Assembly (NCBI GenBank): GCA_965208125.1
Contig: OZ242320.1
Coordinates: 896,001-960,000, forward strand
Direction of reading: 5' to 3'
Length of the DNA stretch: 64,000 nt
Source of the DNA: Candidatus Latescibacterota bacterium
GTDB taxonomy: Bacteria > Latescibacterota > UBA2968
The position numbers and the translations under genes were made by a program. The stretch's first letter is position 1. Each line of letters opens with the position of its first letter. Below the pieces are notes generated by a model that worked only from the letters and a program-made list of their open reading frames with translations, ran no database searches and was not told where the DNA came from. Positions 40,091 through 49,437 of this stretch are shown here, piece after piece.

Positions 40091-40392
40091 CCCTCGAATC
40101 CTATCTTCTGGTGGGCGCAGCCCTGTTTTCACTTGGTTTGATCGGCGCATTATCCCATCGCAACCTCATAGCCCTGCTCATCGGCATCGAACTCATGATG
40201 AACGCCGCCAGCCTAAACCTCATGGCCTTTAACCGGTTTGTCGTCACCGATCCAACGACCGGCCAGGTCTTCGTCCTCATCATCATTGGGCTGGCAGCCG
40301 CCGAAGTCGCCATCTTTTTATCGATCATCCTGCGCATCTATCGGGCGTATCACGAGATAGATGCGGAAAAACTCACCAAACTGAGCGGTTGA
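40087..40392 (+). CDS. nuoK: complex I subunit K
   Basis: IELMMNA, AAAEVAI. Confidence 0.95.
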   Translation: MTLESYLLVGAALFSLGLIGALSHRNLIALLIGIELMMNAASLNLMAFNRFVVTDPTTGQVFVLIIIGLAAAEVAIFLSIILRIYRAYHEIDAEKLTKLSG

Positions 40393-42215
40393 TGGACACT
40401 CTCTCACTCATACTCTTAACCACAATCTCCCCTCTGGCGTGTTTTATCATTGCCATCATCTTTCTCGTACAACAACCCCGAATAGCTCAGGGATTGGTCC
40501 TATGCGGCAGCGCCGTATCCCTCTTGAGTGCCATTGGCCTTCTCGTACAGGGACCCGTTGAACCCCTGCGATTTTTGTGGTTTCAAAGCGGTGCAATACA
40601 ACTCCAATTCGGCTTCATCCTCGATGGTCCAAGCCTCATGTTTGGCGTCGTCGTCGCCTTCATCACCGCCTGCATCATGCTCTATTCAGTAGGCTACATG
40701 GCGCATGACCCGGGCAAAACGCGCTATTTCGCAATGCTCAGCTTCTTTGCCTGGTCCATGCTCAGCTTTGTCTATGCTGTCGATCTCTTGCAATCTTTCA
40801 TCTTTTGGGAACTCGTTGGCCTGTCTTCGTTCTTCCTCATCGGTTTCTGGTTTGAAAAACCCGAAGCGGCTGGCGCAGCGCGCAAAGCCTTTCTCATGAC
40901 CCGCGTGGGCGACGTTGGCCTCTTCATCGGCATTCTGCTCATCCTCCAACTCGTTTCAAACTTCGATATCCCCACACTCTTAGACCCTCAAACTGGCCTC
41001 TCAACACAGATATCGCCCAACCTGCTCAACGCAATCACACTACTCATCTTCATCGGCATCATGGGCAAAAGCGCGCAATTCCCATTGCACACCTGGCTGC
41101 CCGACGCCATGGAAGGCCCCACACCGGTCAGCGCCCTATTGCACTCTGCCACCATGGTCGCCGCGGGCGTCTTTCTCATGATCCGCCTACATCCGCTCTT
41201 TATGGCGGCACAAGACACAGCACTCATCGTCCTGAGCATCGCCACCTTCACCGCAATTCTCGCATCAACCATTGCAATGGTCGATACCGACATCAAAAAA
41301 GTACTCGCCTACTCGTCCATCAGCCAGCTCGGCTTCATGCTCATGGCACTCGCTGCTGGCAGCCTCTTCGCAGGTGTATTTCACCTGATCACCCACGCCT
41401 TTTTCAAAGCCCTGCTCTTCCTCTGCTCGGGCATTTACATTCACGCCTATCACACCAATAGCATGGCCGAAATTGGCCGCAGTGGAGGCCGCCGCCTCAA
41501 AGCTACAACCCTTGGCCTCCTCATCGGTGGTGCTGCCCTATCGGGCGTTCCCCCACTGGCGGGATTCTGGAGCAAAGAAGAAATTTTTGCCCAACTCGGT
41601 CACAATGGCTTTAACATCTACATGGCCGGTGCATTTCTCGCGGCATTTCTCACGGCCTATTACACATTCCGCATGATTTTCCTCATCACAAAACCCGATC
41701 ACGCACCAGCCACCGACCACAGCCATCCCGAACCTATGAACATGAGAGCACCCGTCTTGCTCCTCGCCCTGGGCGCAATAGTACTCGGCTTTTTCGGCTC
41801 CAACATCGCTCAGGGCCTGGGCCTCATGCCACAACACCACAGCGTCCTGTTGATGATCCCCACCGTAGGCGTCGTCATCCTCGGCATTCTGATCGCCTAT
41901 CTCGACTATGGACGCGACAATGCGCCGCGCACGGGATTCATCAGCAAAATCGCGCCACTCAATACCCTGTTCACAAACAAATGGTACATCGACGAAGTCT
42001 ATCGCGTCACCATCGTCGCCATCACACACGCACTATCTCGCATCTTGCACTGGATAGAAAACCACGTCCTCGACGGAAACTACGACCGCTTTGGCCTCGG
42101 CATCTTGCGCACAGGCGCGAAATCAACCCGCGTACAGGGCGGCTGGATGCAACTCTATCTGGGCTGGGCGATCATCTTATTGGCCGTAGTCGCGCTTTAT
42201 CTGGGATTGCAATAA
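40392..42215 (+). CDS. nuoL: complex I subunit L
   Basis: WELVG..S, GKSAQFPLHTWLPDAMEGPTPVSALLH, HAFFKALLF. Confidence 0.96.
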   Translation: MDTLSLILLTTISPLACFIIAIIFLVQQPRIAQGLVLCGSAVSLLSAIGLLVQGPVEPLRFLWFQSGAIQLQFGFILDGPSLMFGVVVAFITACIMLYSVGYMAHDPGKTRYFAMLSFFAWSMLSFVYAVDLLQSFIFWELVGLSSFFLIGFWFEKPEAAGAARKAFLMTRVGDVGLFIGILLILQLVSNFDIPTLLDPQTGLSTQISPNLLNAITLLIFIGIMGKSAQFPLHTWLPDAMEGPTPVSALLHSATMVAAGVFLMIRLHPLFMAAQDTALIVLSIATFTAILASTIAMVDTDIKKVLAYSSISQLGFMLMALAAGSLFAGVFHLITHAFFKALLFLCSGIYIHAYHTNSMAEIGRSGGRRLKATTLGLLIGGAALSGVPPLAGFWSKEEIFAQLGHNGFNIYMAGAFLAAFLTAYYTFRMIFLITKPDHAPATDHSHPEPMNMRAPVLLLALGAIVLGFFGSNIAQGLGLMPQHHSVLLMIPTVGVVILGILIAYLDYGRDNAPRTGFISKIAPLNTLFTNKWYIDEVYRVTIVAITHALSRILHWIENHVLDGNYDRFGLGILRTGAKSTRVQGGWMQLYLGWAIILLAVVALYLGLQ

Positions 42216-42218
42216 AAA

Positions 42219-43694
42219 ATGCCTCTTCTCTCATCCATACTTCTCACCCCCGTCATCACCCTCATCATCCTTTTGCTCATGCCCCAAAAAGCCGTGCGGG
42301 GCATTCGGCTGATCTGCGCCCTCAGTGGCCTGTTGACCTGTGTGCTGAGTTTGCAACTCTGGATAAGCTATGATCCCACAATCGGCGGTATTCAATTTGA
42401 AGAAATAATCCCCTGGGTCGCAGTCATTGGCATCTCCTATCATCTCGGCGTTGACGGATTTGGCGTCATCCTCGTCATGCTCAACGCCATAGTCTATTTC
42501 ACCGGGGTGCTCACCATGTGGGACCTCGAAGACCGCGTAAAAGAATATTTCGCCTTCATGGTACTCCTCGTCATCGGCGTCTTCGGCGTCTTCATGTCGC
42601 TGGACCTCTTCTTCTTCTTCTTCTTTTACGAAATCGCCGTCGTCCCCATGTATCCCCTCATCCTGATATGGGGCAGCGGCAACAGAGCTTATGCTGGCAT
42701 GAAACTCATGCTCTTCCTCCTCGCCGGTAGCGCACTCCTCTTTCCCGGCCTACTCGCCATCTATCACCACGCGGGCCTCAACACCTTTGACATCATTGCC
42801 CTATCCGCACACACATTCGATCCCCAATTCCAAATATTTGTCTATCCCTTCATCTACATTGGCTTTGGCGTCTTAGCCGGCCTGTTTCCGTTCCACGGAT
42901 GGTCGCCCACAGGCCACGTTGCCGCGCCATCTGCTGTTTCCATGCTACACGCGGGCGTCCTGATGAAACTCGGCGCATTTGGCATACTCACAGTCGGCAT
43001 CCGCCTGCTGCCCGAAGGCGCTGCGTACTGGGCACCGACCTTTGTGGTATTGGCCGTCATAGGAATCATCTACGGTGCTTATGTCGCCATGCGGCAGACC
43101 GACTTCAAATTTGTCATCGGCTTTTCATCTGTATCTCACATGGGCATTGTCCTCCTCGGCCTCAACCTCGCAATCCTCGGCCAGGTCGTTGCAACCGACG
43201 CCCTCAACGGCGCAGTCTTCCAGATGTTTGCCCACGGCATCATGACCGCCCTATTTTTCAGCACCGCGGGATATATCTACGACAAATCCCACTCCAAAAC
43301 CATTGGCGACTTTGGCGGTCTTGGCAAGCAGATGCCCCGCGCAGTCTCCATCTTTATCGTCGCGGGCCTGTGTGGCGCCGGGTTGCCTGGCCTAGCGAGC
43401 TTTTGGGCTGAATTACTCGTCTTTCTCGCCGCTTTGAAAACATACCCCATCGCCGGCATCATCGTCATCCTCGGTCTCGTACTCACCGCAGTTTACATTT
43501 TGCGCGTCTTCAACCTGGCCTTTTTTGGCGCACCAAATCCGAAATGGGAAAATCTGAAAGCACAGGACATGTCTGGCCTGCACCTGATACCGCGCGCCAT
43601 ACTAATCGCCGTACTCGTAATCTTCGGCTTTGTACCCCGCCTCATGCTCGACCTGATCAACAGCACGACAATAGCTTTCTTGGGTAATTTCTAA
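42219..43694 (+). CDS. nuoM: complex I subunit M
   Basis: LGVDG, FFYE..VPMY, FPFHGW, LMKLG, SSVSHMG. Confidence 0.95.
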   Translation: MPLLSSILLTPVITLIILLLMPQKAVRGIRLICALSGLLTCVLSLQLWISYDPTIGGIQFEEIIPWVAVIGISYHLGVDGFGVILVMLNAIVYFTGVLTMWDLEDRVKEYFAFMVLLVIGVFGVFMSLDLFFFFFFYEIAVVPMYPLILIWGSGNRAYAGMKLMLFLLAGSALLFPGLLAIYHHAGLNTFDIIALSAHTFDPQFQIFVYPFIYIGFGVLAGLFPFHGWSPTGHVAAPSAVSMLHAGVLMKLGAFGILTVGIRLLPEGAAYWAPTFVVLAVIGIIYGAYVAMRQTDFKFVIGFSSVSHMGIVLLGLNLAILGQVVATDALNGAVFQMFAHGIMTALFFSTAGYIYDKSHSKTIGDFGGLGKQMPRAVSIFIVAGLCGAGLPGLASFWAELLVFLAALKTYPIAGIIVILGLVLTAVYILRVFNLAFFGAPNPKWENLKAQDMSGLHLIPRAILIAVLVIFGFVPRLMLDLINSTTIAFLGNF

Positions 43695-43695
43695 C

Positions 43696-45120
43696 ATGGA
43701 AAACGCTATCCTCTTCGCACCAGAACTTATTTGCCTGATCATGGGCCTCGTGCTCTTTTTTGCCACAGTGCTCAACTGGTCCTATCGCACCACCCGGGGC
43801 ATTGCCATAGCATCCGGCATAGCCATGATCGCCGCCTGTCTCTGGACCCTACCCCTTGAAGGCGAACCCTTCTTCCCTGGCATATACGCGGTTGACTTCT
43901 TTTCTCAACTGATCAAAACAGCACTCGCTGTCGGATTCTTATTTGTCGTCATCGCCAGCGCCAACCCCCTCACAGTTGACCGCAATGGTTGGCTCGAAGT
44001 CCCCCTCTTCTTCATCTTTTCCACACTCGGCATGATGATGATGGTCAGCGCGACCGAACTCCTCACCCTCTATGTCGCTATGGAACTGGCCGCCTATCCC
44101 GTCTATATCGTCGTTGCCCTTCACCGCAATTCGGACATCGGTGGGGAAAGCGCCGCCAAATACATGGTACAGGGCATGGCAGCCTCGGCCATCTCGCTCT
44201 ACGGCATGAGCTTTCTCTTCGGCACATTTGGCTCCACCTACTTCTCTGCCATCAGCATCCCACACGCCGCCGCGCAACCCATCTTCTACCTGGGCCTATT
44301 GCTCACACTCGCTGGCTTCTTCTTCAAACTCGGCGCATTCCCCTTCCACTTTTGGGCACCCGACACCTATGAAACCGCGCCCCATCCCATCATCACATTC
44401 ATCGCCACTGTTTCCAAAATCGCCGCCATAGGCATCCTCTGCCGCCTGTTATCCCTCGCCATGCCCGGTGGCTGGGAATCGGGCCACGCCCAAACCGCGC
44501 TCATGTGGGCAAGCGTCATCGCAATGAGCCTGGGCAACCTGGCCGCACTCGCACAAAAAGACCTCAAACGCCTGCTCGGATATTCCACAGTCGCCCACGC
44601 CGGTTACGTACTCCTCGCCCTGCAAACCTTCGCCGAATGGGGTCTTACTGCTGCCCTATTTTACGCCATTGGCTACTTTGCCATGTCTTTTGCGTGCTTC
44701 CTCGTCATCTGTGAAATCGGTCGCAGCGAAGACCGCATCACCATCGAATCCGTATCTGGCCTTTACAAACGCGCCCCCTTCTTCTCCTTCACCTTGCTCA
44801 TCGGCCTGTTTGGCCTCATAGGCCTCCCCCCCACAGTGGGTTTTGTCGGCAAATGGTTCCTCTTCTCCGCCGCCCTCCAGCGCGGACAATTCTATCTCGT
44901 CCTCGTCGCAGCCATCAACGCCGCGGTCGCCCTGTATTATTATCTCCTCATCATCCGCCAACTCTACTGGGTAGAACCCGCCACACAGAACACCATCAAA
45001 CCCACGCCCCTCATCGCCGTCACCGCAATGGCGACCATCACCCTCGTAATCGCAATGGGCACGCTCCCCGGTCCCTTCTGGGACATGGCTGCACGCGCCG
45101 TCCGCGCGCTAATCAGTTGA
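43696..45120 (+). CDS. nuoN: complex I subunit N
   Basis: ESAAKY, FKLGAFPFHFWAPDTYE, KRLLGYSTVAHAGY, GLPPTVGFVGK. Confidence 0.95.
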   Translation: MENAILFAPELICLIMGLVLFFATVLNWSYRTTRGIAIASGIAMIAACLWTLPLEGEPFFPGIYAVDFFSQLIKTALAVGFLFVVIASANPLTVDRNGWLEVPLFFIFSTLGMMMMVSATELLTLYVAMELAAYPVYIVVALHRNSDIGGESAAKYMVQGMAASAISLYGMSFLFGTFGSTYFSAISIPHAAAQPIFYLGLLLTLAGFFFKLGAFPFHFWAPDTYETAPHPIITFIATVSKIAAIGILCRLLSLAMPGGWESGHAQTALMWASVIAMSLGNLAALAQKDLKRLLGYSTVAHAGYVLLALQTFAEWGLTAALFYAIGYFAMSFACFLVICEIGRSEDRITIESVSGLYKRAPFFSFTLLIGLFGLIGLPPTVGFVGKWFLFSAALQRGQFYLVLVAAINAAVALYYYLLIIRQLYWVEPATQNTIKPTPLIAVTAMATITLVIAMGTLPGPFWDMAARAVRALIS

Positions 45121-45195
45121 TGTTTTAAGAAAAATATTCACCAAAATTAAATTTGTCTTATATTCTGTTACGCAATCATTCAACTAAAAGGAGAT

Positions 45196-45510
45196 ATGGC
45201 AATGGAAACGATTGCTAAAAATAAAAACGCCACTGCTAAACAGGATCAACCAAAAGGAGATATAGCAATGGACGCTGACACCACAAATAACAACACTGAA
45301 CAGAGCCAACGGATAACAACCCTTGAGACAAATTTGGAATTTATCAAAGAACAGCTTTCAGATGTGAAACAGGACTTAAAAGACCTCAAGCAAGGGCAAG
45401 AAAATATTGAAGCGCGGCTCAACACCCGGATTGACGATTTGATAAAGTGGTATGTCCCCACAACGGTTGTTGCTCTATTGGCTTTTGCTGCTATCATGAA
45501 ATATCTGTAA
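45196..45510 (+). CDS. small coiled-coil protein with C-terminal membrane anchor
   Basis: AAGGAG RBS, heptad segment RITTLE..VKQDLKDLK..RIDDL, hydrophobic C-terminus; second in-frame RBS and ATG at 45268. Confidence 0.75.
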   Translation: MAMETIAKNKNATAKQDQPKGDIAMDADTTNNNTEQSQRITTLETNLEFIKEQLSDVKQDLKDLKQGQENIEARLNTRIDDLIKWYVPTTVVALLAFAAIMKYL

Positions 45511-45532
45511 AATGGAATCATAGACATTAACC

Positions 45533-45577
45533 AAAAAAAGAACCCGCAACCACCGAACGATTGCGGGTTCTTTTTTG
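45533..45577. terminator. bidirectional intrinsic terminator
   Basis: A-tract, GAACCCGCAA..TTGCGGGTTC stem, T-tract between convergent genes. Confidence 0.85.
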
Positions 45578-45627
45578 TTCGTGCAAATTCTCTTTCGCAC
45601 ACCCGATGATTTTGTCATCAGTCAAAA

Positions 45628-46170
45628 TCAGGGCGCCGGTCTATACGGAAATGACGAATGATGCACATTGATACGCAACTTGCCATTCTCGTCCTTAAAA
45701 TAGCCAAATGTGAACTCCACTTTGGCTTCTTTTTCGGTATTCGCGTCTGTAAAATAGTAATTACCCATGGCAATGGCCGAGTCGCCGTTAATAATAATAT
45801 CAGCGTTCTCAAATCGGACTTTGCTCCACGGCTGGATAGCAAAACCGCGATCTTCAGGTACAATACCAGTCACAAAATAAGATATAGCCTCTTCTTTTGT
45901 TAAACGAAATTGCTTTTCTGACGCCTTCGTAGGCTTAAATAGAACCTCGCCTTCATCATAACCATATAACGTATTGACGGTCTCTTCGGCCAGTGCCTTA
46001 TAGTCCTTCTTTTGCGTATAAGCCTCACCGATAGCGACAATTGCTTCGCCCCAAATTTTTTGGGCCTCCATAACCTCTCTCTCAACAATACCATTATCTT
46101 TCATGACATCCTCTGCATATCCCGTCGCCACAACCACCAGCGTTGCCAATATTGCCAATTGAATCTTCAT
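45628..46170 (-). CDS. secreted COG4337-type (iota-class-like) carbonic anhydrase candidate
   Basis: Signal peptide, LFKPTKA, SYFV, GFA..PW..V.F, AMGNY.F, C-terminal HHSS.PY; AGGAGG RBS. Confidence 0.75.
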   Translation of the reverse strand: MKIQLAILATLVVVATGYAEDVMKDNGIVEREVMEAQKIWGEAIVAIGEAYTQKKDYKALAEETVNTLYGYDEGEVLFKPTKASEKQFRLTKEEAISYFVTGIVPEDRGFAIQPWSKVRFENADIIINGDSAIAMGNYYFTDANTEKEAKVEFTFGYFKDENGKLRINVHHSSFPYRPAP

Positions 46171-46395
46171 TTTTTAACCCTCCTCCTATTTAAGCAATCG
46201 TATCCGACTGCATCGCATTATTCCTTCTCTTGTATTTCATACATACATAAAAAATTTCTCTTTGTGTGTCAAATCAATTTTATGCTTTAATCTTTCTGAT
46301 AAACAGTCTTTTTTTGGCAAAAAAAACCGTTTTGTGTATCTTCTGTCTCTGTTGCAATGCCCCTACTCATCTTTACGAAAAATTAAGGAATTTTC

Positions 46396-47322
46396 ATGCT
46401 CGGAAAATTAATCGACAAATTAAAAAAGGGACTGACCAAAACCCGCGAAGGCATGGTACAAAAAATCCGCGAAGTCATTCGGCGGCGTCCTGAAATTGAC
46501 GAAGAAACCCTTGAAGAAATTGAAGAAATTCTCATTGAAGCCGACGTTGGTGTAGAACCCACCCTGCGCATAATTGACCAACTGCGCGAACGCTTCGAAA
46601 CCGGCAAACCCATTGAAAACCCGGAAACCGCAGTCCAGGAATTTCTCGAAGAAGAAATCCGCAAAATCCTCCTGCCTTCAGATACCGCGCCATCTGTTGC
46701 AATCACAGCCAAACCCCACGTCATCCTCGTCGTAGGCGTCAACGGCGTGGGCAAAACCACCACCATTGGCAAAATGGCTCACAAACTCAGCCGCGAAGGC
46801 AAAAAAGTACTCTTTGCCGCCGGAGACACATTTCGGGCAGCAGCCATTGACCAACTCGGCATCTGGGCCAACCGCACGGGATCTGACATCGTGCAACACC
46901 AACCGGGCGCAGACGCAGCATCCGTGGCATTCGACGCCATTCAAGCCGCCAGAGCACGCGACATCGACGTCGTACTCATCGACACAGCGGGCCGTCTGCA
47001 CACCAAAATCAACCTCATGGAAGAAGTCAAAAAAATCCGCCGCGTCGTCGCCAAAGCCATGCCCGGTGCCCCCCATGAAACCCTGCTCGTACTCGACGCC
47101 ACCACCGGACAAAATGCCATCATACAGGCAAAACAATTTCACAACACGGTCGAACTCACAGGCCTCGTCCTGGCAAAACTCGACGGCACAGCCAAAGGGG
47201 GTGTGGTCATCGCCATTGCCGACGAACTCGACCTGCCCGTGCGCTATGTTGGCCTGGGAGAAGACATCGAAGACCTTGACGACTTTGACCCCGAAACCTT
47301 TGTCCAGGCTCTATTTGAGTAA
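46396..47322 (+). CDS. ftsY: signal recognition particle receptor
   Basis: [37 protein letters not shown]. Confidence 0.98.
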   Translation: MLGKLIDKLKKGLTKTREGMVQKIREVIRRRPEIDEETLEEIEEILIEADVGVEPTLRIIDQLRERFETGKPIENPETAVQEFLEEEIRKILLPSDTAPSVAITAKPHVILVVGVNGVGKTTTIGKMAHKLSREGKKVLFAAGDTFRAAAIDQLGIWANRTGSDIVQHQPGADAASVAFDAIQAARARDIDVVLIDTAGRLHTKINLMEEVKKIRRVVAKAMPGAPHETLLVLDATTGQNAIIQAKQFHNTVELTGLVLAKLDGTAKGGVVIAIADELDLPVRYVGLGEDIEDLDDFDPETFVQALFE

Positions 47323-47356
47323 TTGACGCCAATGCAAAATCGGGTATATTTTTTTC

Positions 47357-48517
47357 ATGCCTATCCAACTGCCCATATATCTCGACAACAACGCCACCAC
47401 TCCTGTAGATGAACGGGTACTCAACGCGATGTTGCCCTATCTCAAAGATCGCTTTGGCAATGCCGCCAGCCGCACACACGCCTTTGGGTGGCATGCCGAA
47501 GATGCTGTTGATCTGGCGCGTGAACAAATAGCCAGCCTCATCAACGCACAGCCCAAAGACATCGTCTTCACCAGTGGCGCCACAGAATCCGACAACCTCG
47601 CCATCAAAGGCGTGGTAGCCGCAGCCACCAACGCGCACATCATCACGCAAGCCACTGAACACCACGCCGTCCTCGACTCTTGCCGCGCGCTGGAACGCGA
47701 TGGCGTCTCAGTCACAATCTTGCCCGTAGATTCACACGGTATTACCGACCCATCAGACATTGCAAACGCCATCACAGACAACACCGCACTCGTCTCCATC
47801 ATGGCGGCCAACAACGAAATCGGCACCTGCCAGGCCATTGAAGAAATCGGAACGATTTGCCATGAAAAAAACATCTACTTTCACACAGATGCTGCACAGG
47901 CCATTGGCAAATACCCGCTTGACGTCGAAGCCATGCACATCGACCTGCTCTCCATCTCCGCCCACAAACTCTATGGACCCAAAGGCGCGGGCGCGCTCTA
48001 TGTGCGCAGCCGTCCGCGCGTTCGCCTCGTCGGCCAAATAGACGGCGGGGGCCATGAAAAGGGCATGCGCTCTGGCACCCTCAATGTACCGGGCATTGTA
48101 GGCATGGGAGAAGCCTGCGCACTTGCACAAAAACACATCGAAACCGAAGCAAAACACAGCCAAAAATTGCGCCATCGCCTGCAAAAACACCTCTTCAACG
48201 CGCTGCCCCAAATACAACTCAACGGCCATCCCGAACAACGCCTTTCGGGCAACCTCAACATCAGCTTTGCCGGCGTGGATGGCGAAAGCCTGCTCATGAG
48301 CTTACAAGACGTAGCCCTCTCATCCGGCTCGGCGTGTACATCCGCCTCTCTCGAACCATCCTATGTACTCAAAGCCATCGGCGTCAGCAATGACATGGCA
48401 CAGTGCAGCATACGCTTTGGCATTGGCCGATTCAACACCAAAGCAGAAATTGACTATGTTGCAGAGCGCGTAATTCAAGAAGTCAATCGCCTTCGCGAAA
48501 TCTCGCCGAACTATTAA
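47357..48517 (+). CDS. iscS: cysteine desulfurase
   Basis: [30 protein letters not shown]. Confidence 0.95.
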   Translation: MPIQLPIYLDNNATTPVDERVLNAMLPYLKDRFGNAASRTHAFGWHAEDAVDLAREQIASLINAQPKDIVFTSGATESDNLAIKGVVAAATNAHIITQATEHHAVLDSCRALERDGVSVTILPVDSHGITDPSDIANAITDNTALVSIMAANNEIGTCQAIEEIGTICHEKNIYFHTDAAQAIGKYPLDVEAMHIDLLSISAHKLYGPKGAGALYVRSRPRVRLVGQIDGGGHEKGMRSGTLNVPGIVGMGEACALAQKHIETEAKHSQKLRHRLQKHLFNALPQIQLNGHPEQRLSGNLNISFAGVDGESLLMSLQDVALSSGSACTSASLEPSYVLKAIGVSNDMAQCSIRFGIGRFNTKAEIDYVAERVIQEVNRLREISPNY

Positions 48518-48536
48518 ATTCATCCCCGGAGCCACC

Positions 48537-49346
48537 ATGCCAACACCAGACCGACCCCAACGCCCCGAAATCTTACCCGAAGTCAAAAACATCGTCGCAG
48601 TATCCAGCTGCAAAGGCGGCGTGGGAAAAACAACAGTTAGCGTAAACCTCGCGGTCTCACTCGCTAAACAGGGCGCAACGGTTGGCTTGCTCGACGCGGA
48701 TATTTACGGACCCAACGTACCGATTATGATGGGCAGCACAGCGCAACCCAGGTCAATAGGCCAAAAAATACTACCCCTTGAAAATCACAATGTCAAATTC
48801 ATGTCCCTCGGCCTCATCGCCGGAGAAAATGCCCCCATTATATGGCGCGGTCCCATCGTGGGCAGAATGATTCAGCAATTCATGGTTGACGTAATATGGG
48901 GCGCACTCGACTACCTCGTCGTCGATCTACCCCCCGGCACGGGCGATGCACAACTCACCCTTGCCCAAACCGTGCCACTCAGCGGTGCGGTCATTGTCAC
49001 AACCCCACAAAATGTCGCGTTGGAAGACGTACATCGCGGCATAGAAATGTTTCACAAAGTCGAAGTCCCCATCCTCGGCGTTGTCGAAAACATGAGCTAT
49101 TTCCTGTGCCCGTGTTGCGGAGACCGCACGCCCCTCTTCGGCGAAGGCGGAGGCCAACACATCGCCGATGCTTATGGCCTACCCCTGCTCGGACAAATCC
49201 CCATCCAGCCCAATATCCGCGAAGGTGGCGACATGGGTGCGCCCATTGCAACAGGTGAAAACAATGCTTTCCCCGAAATCGCCCGACGCATTGCCGACGC
49301 ACTGGCAGAAAGGGAAAGCGACCTGCCCGAAATCACAATCGTCTAA
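48537..49346 (+). CDS. mrp: Mrp/ApbC/NBP35 Fe-S carrier ATPase
   Basis: KGGVGKTT, DADIYGP, WRGP, DLPPGTGD, ENMS..CP.C. Confidence 0.93.
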   Translation: MPTPDRPQRPEILPEVKNIVAVSSCKGGVGKTTVSVNLAVSLAKQGATVGLLDADIYGPNVPIMMGSTAQPRSIGQKILPLENHNVKFMSLGLIAGENAPIIWRGPIVGRMIQQFMVDVIWGALDYLVVDLPPGTGDAQLTLAQTVPLSGAVIVTTPQNVALEDVHRGIEMFHKVEVPILGVVENMSYFLCPCCGDRTPLFGEGGGQHIADAYGLPLLGQIPIQPNIREGGDMGAPIATGENNAFPEIARRIADALAERESDLPEITIV

Positions 49347-49437
49347 CTTTTCGGGCTTGCGGATAGAAAAAAATACCTTACATTAAATTCCACCAAAATA
49401 ACTATTCGAAACCAAACACCAACCCGAAAGGCACGCC

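Noticed and set aside
35374-45120. Group 4 [NiFe] hydrogenase or Mrp antiporter interpretation
   Set aside because: NuoD has no CxxC nickel ligands, and the gene set and order match complex I.
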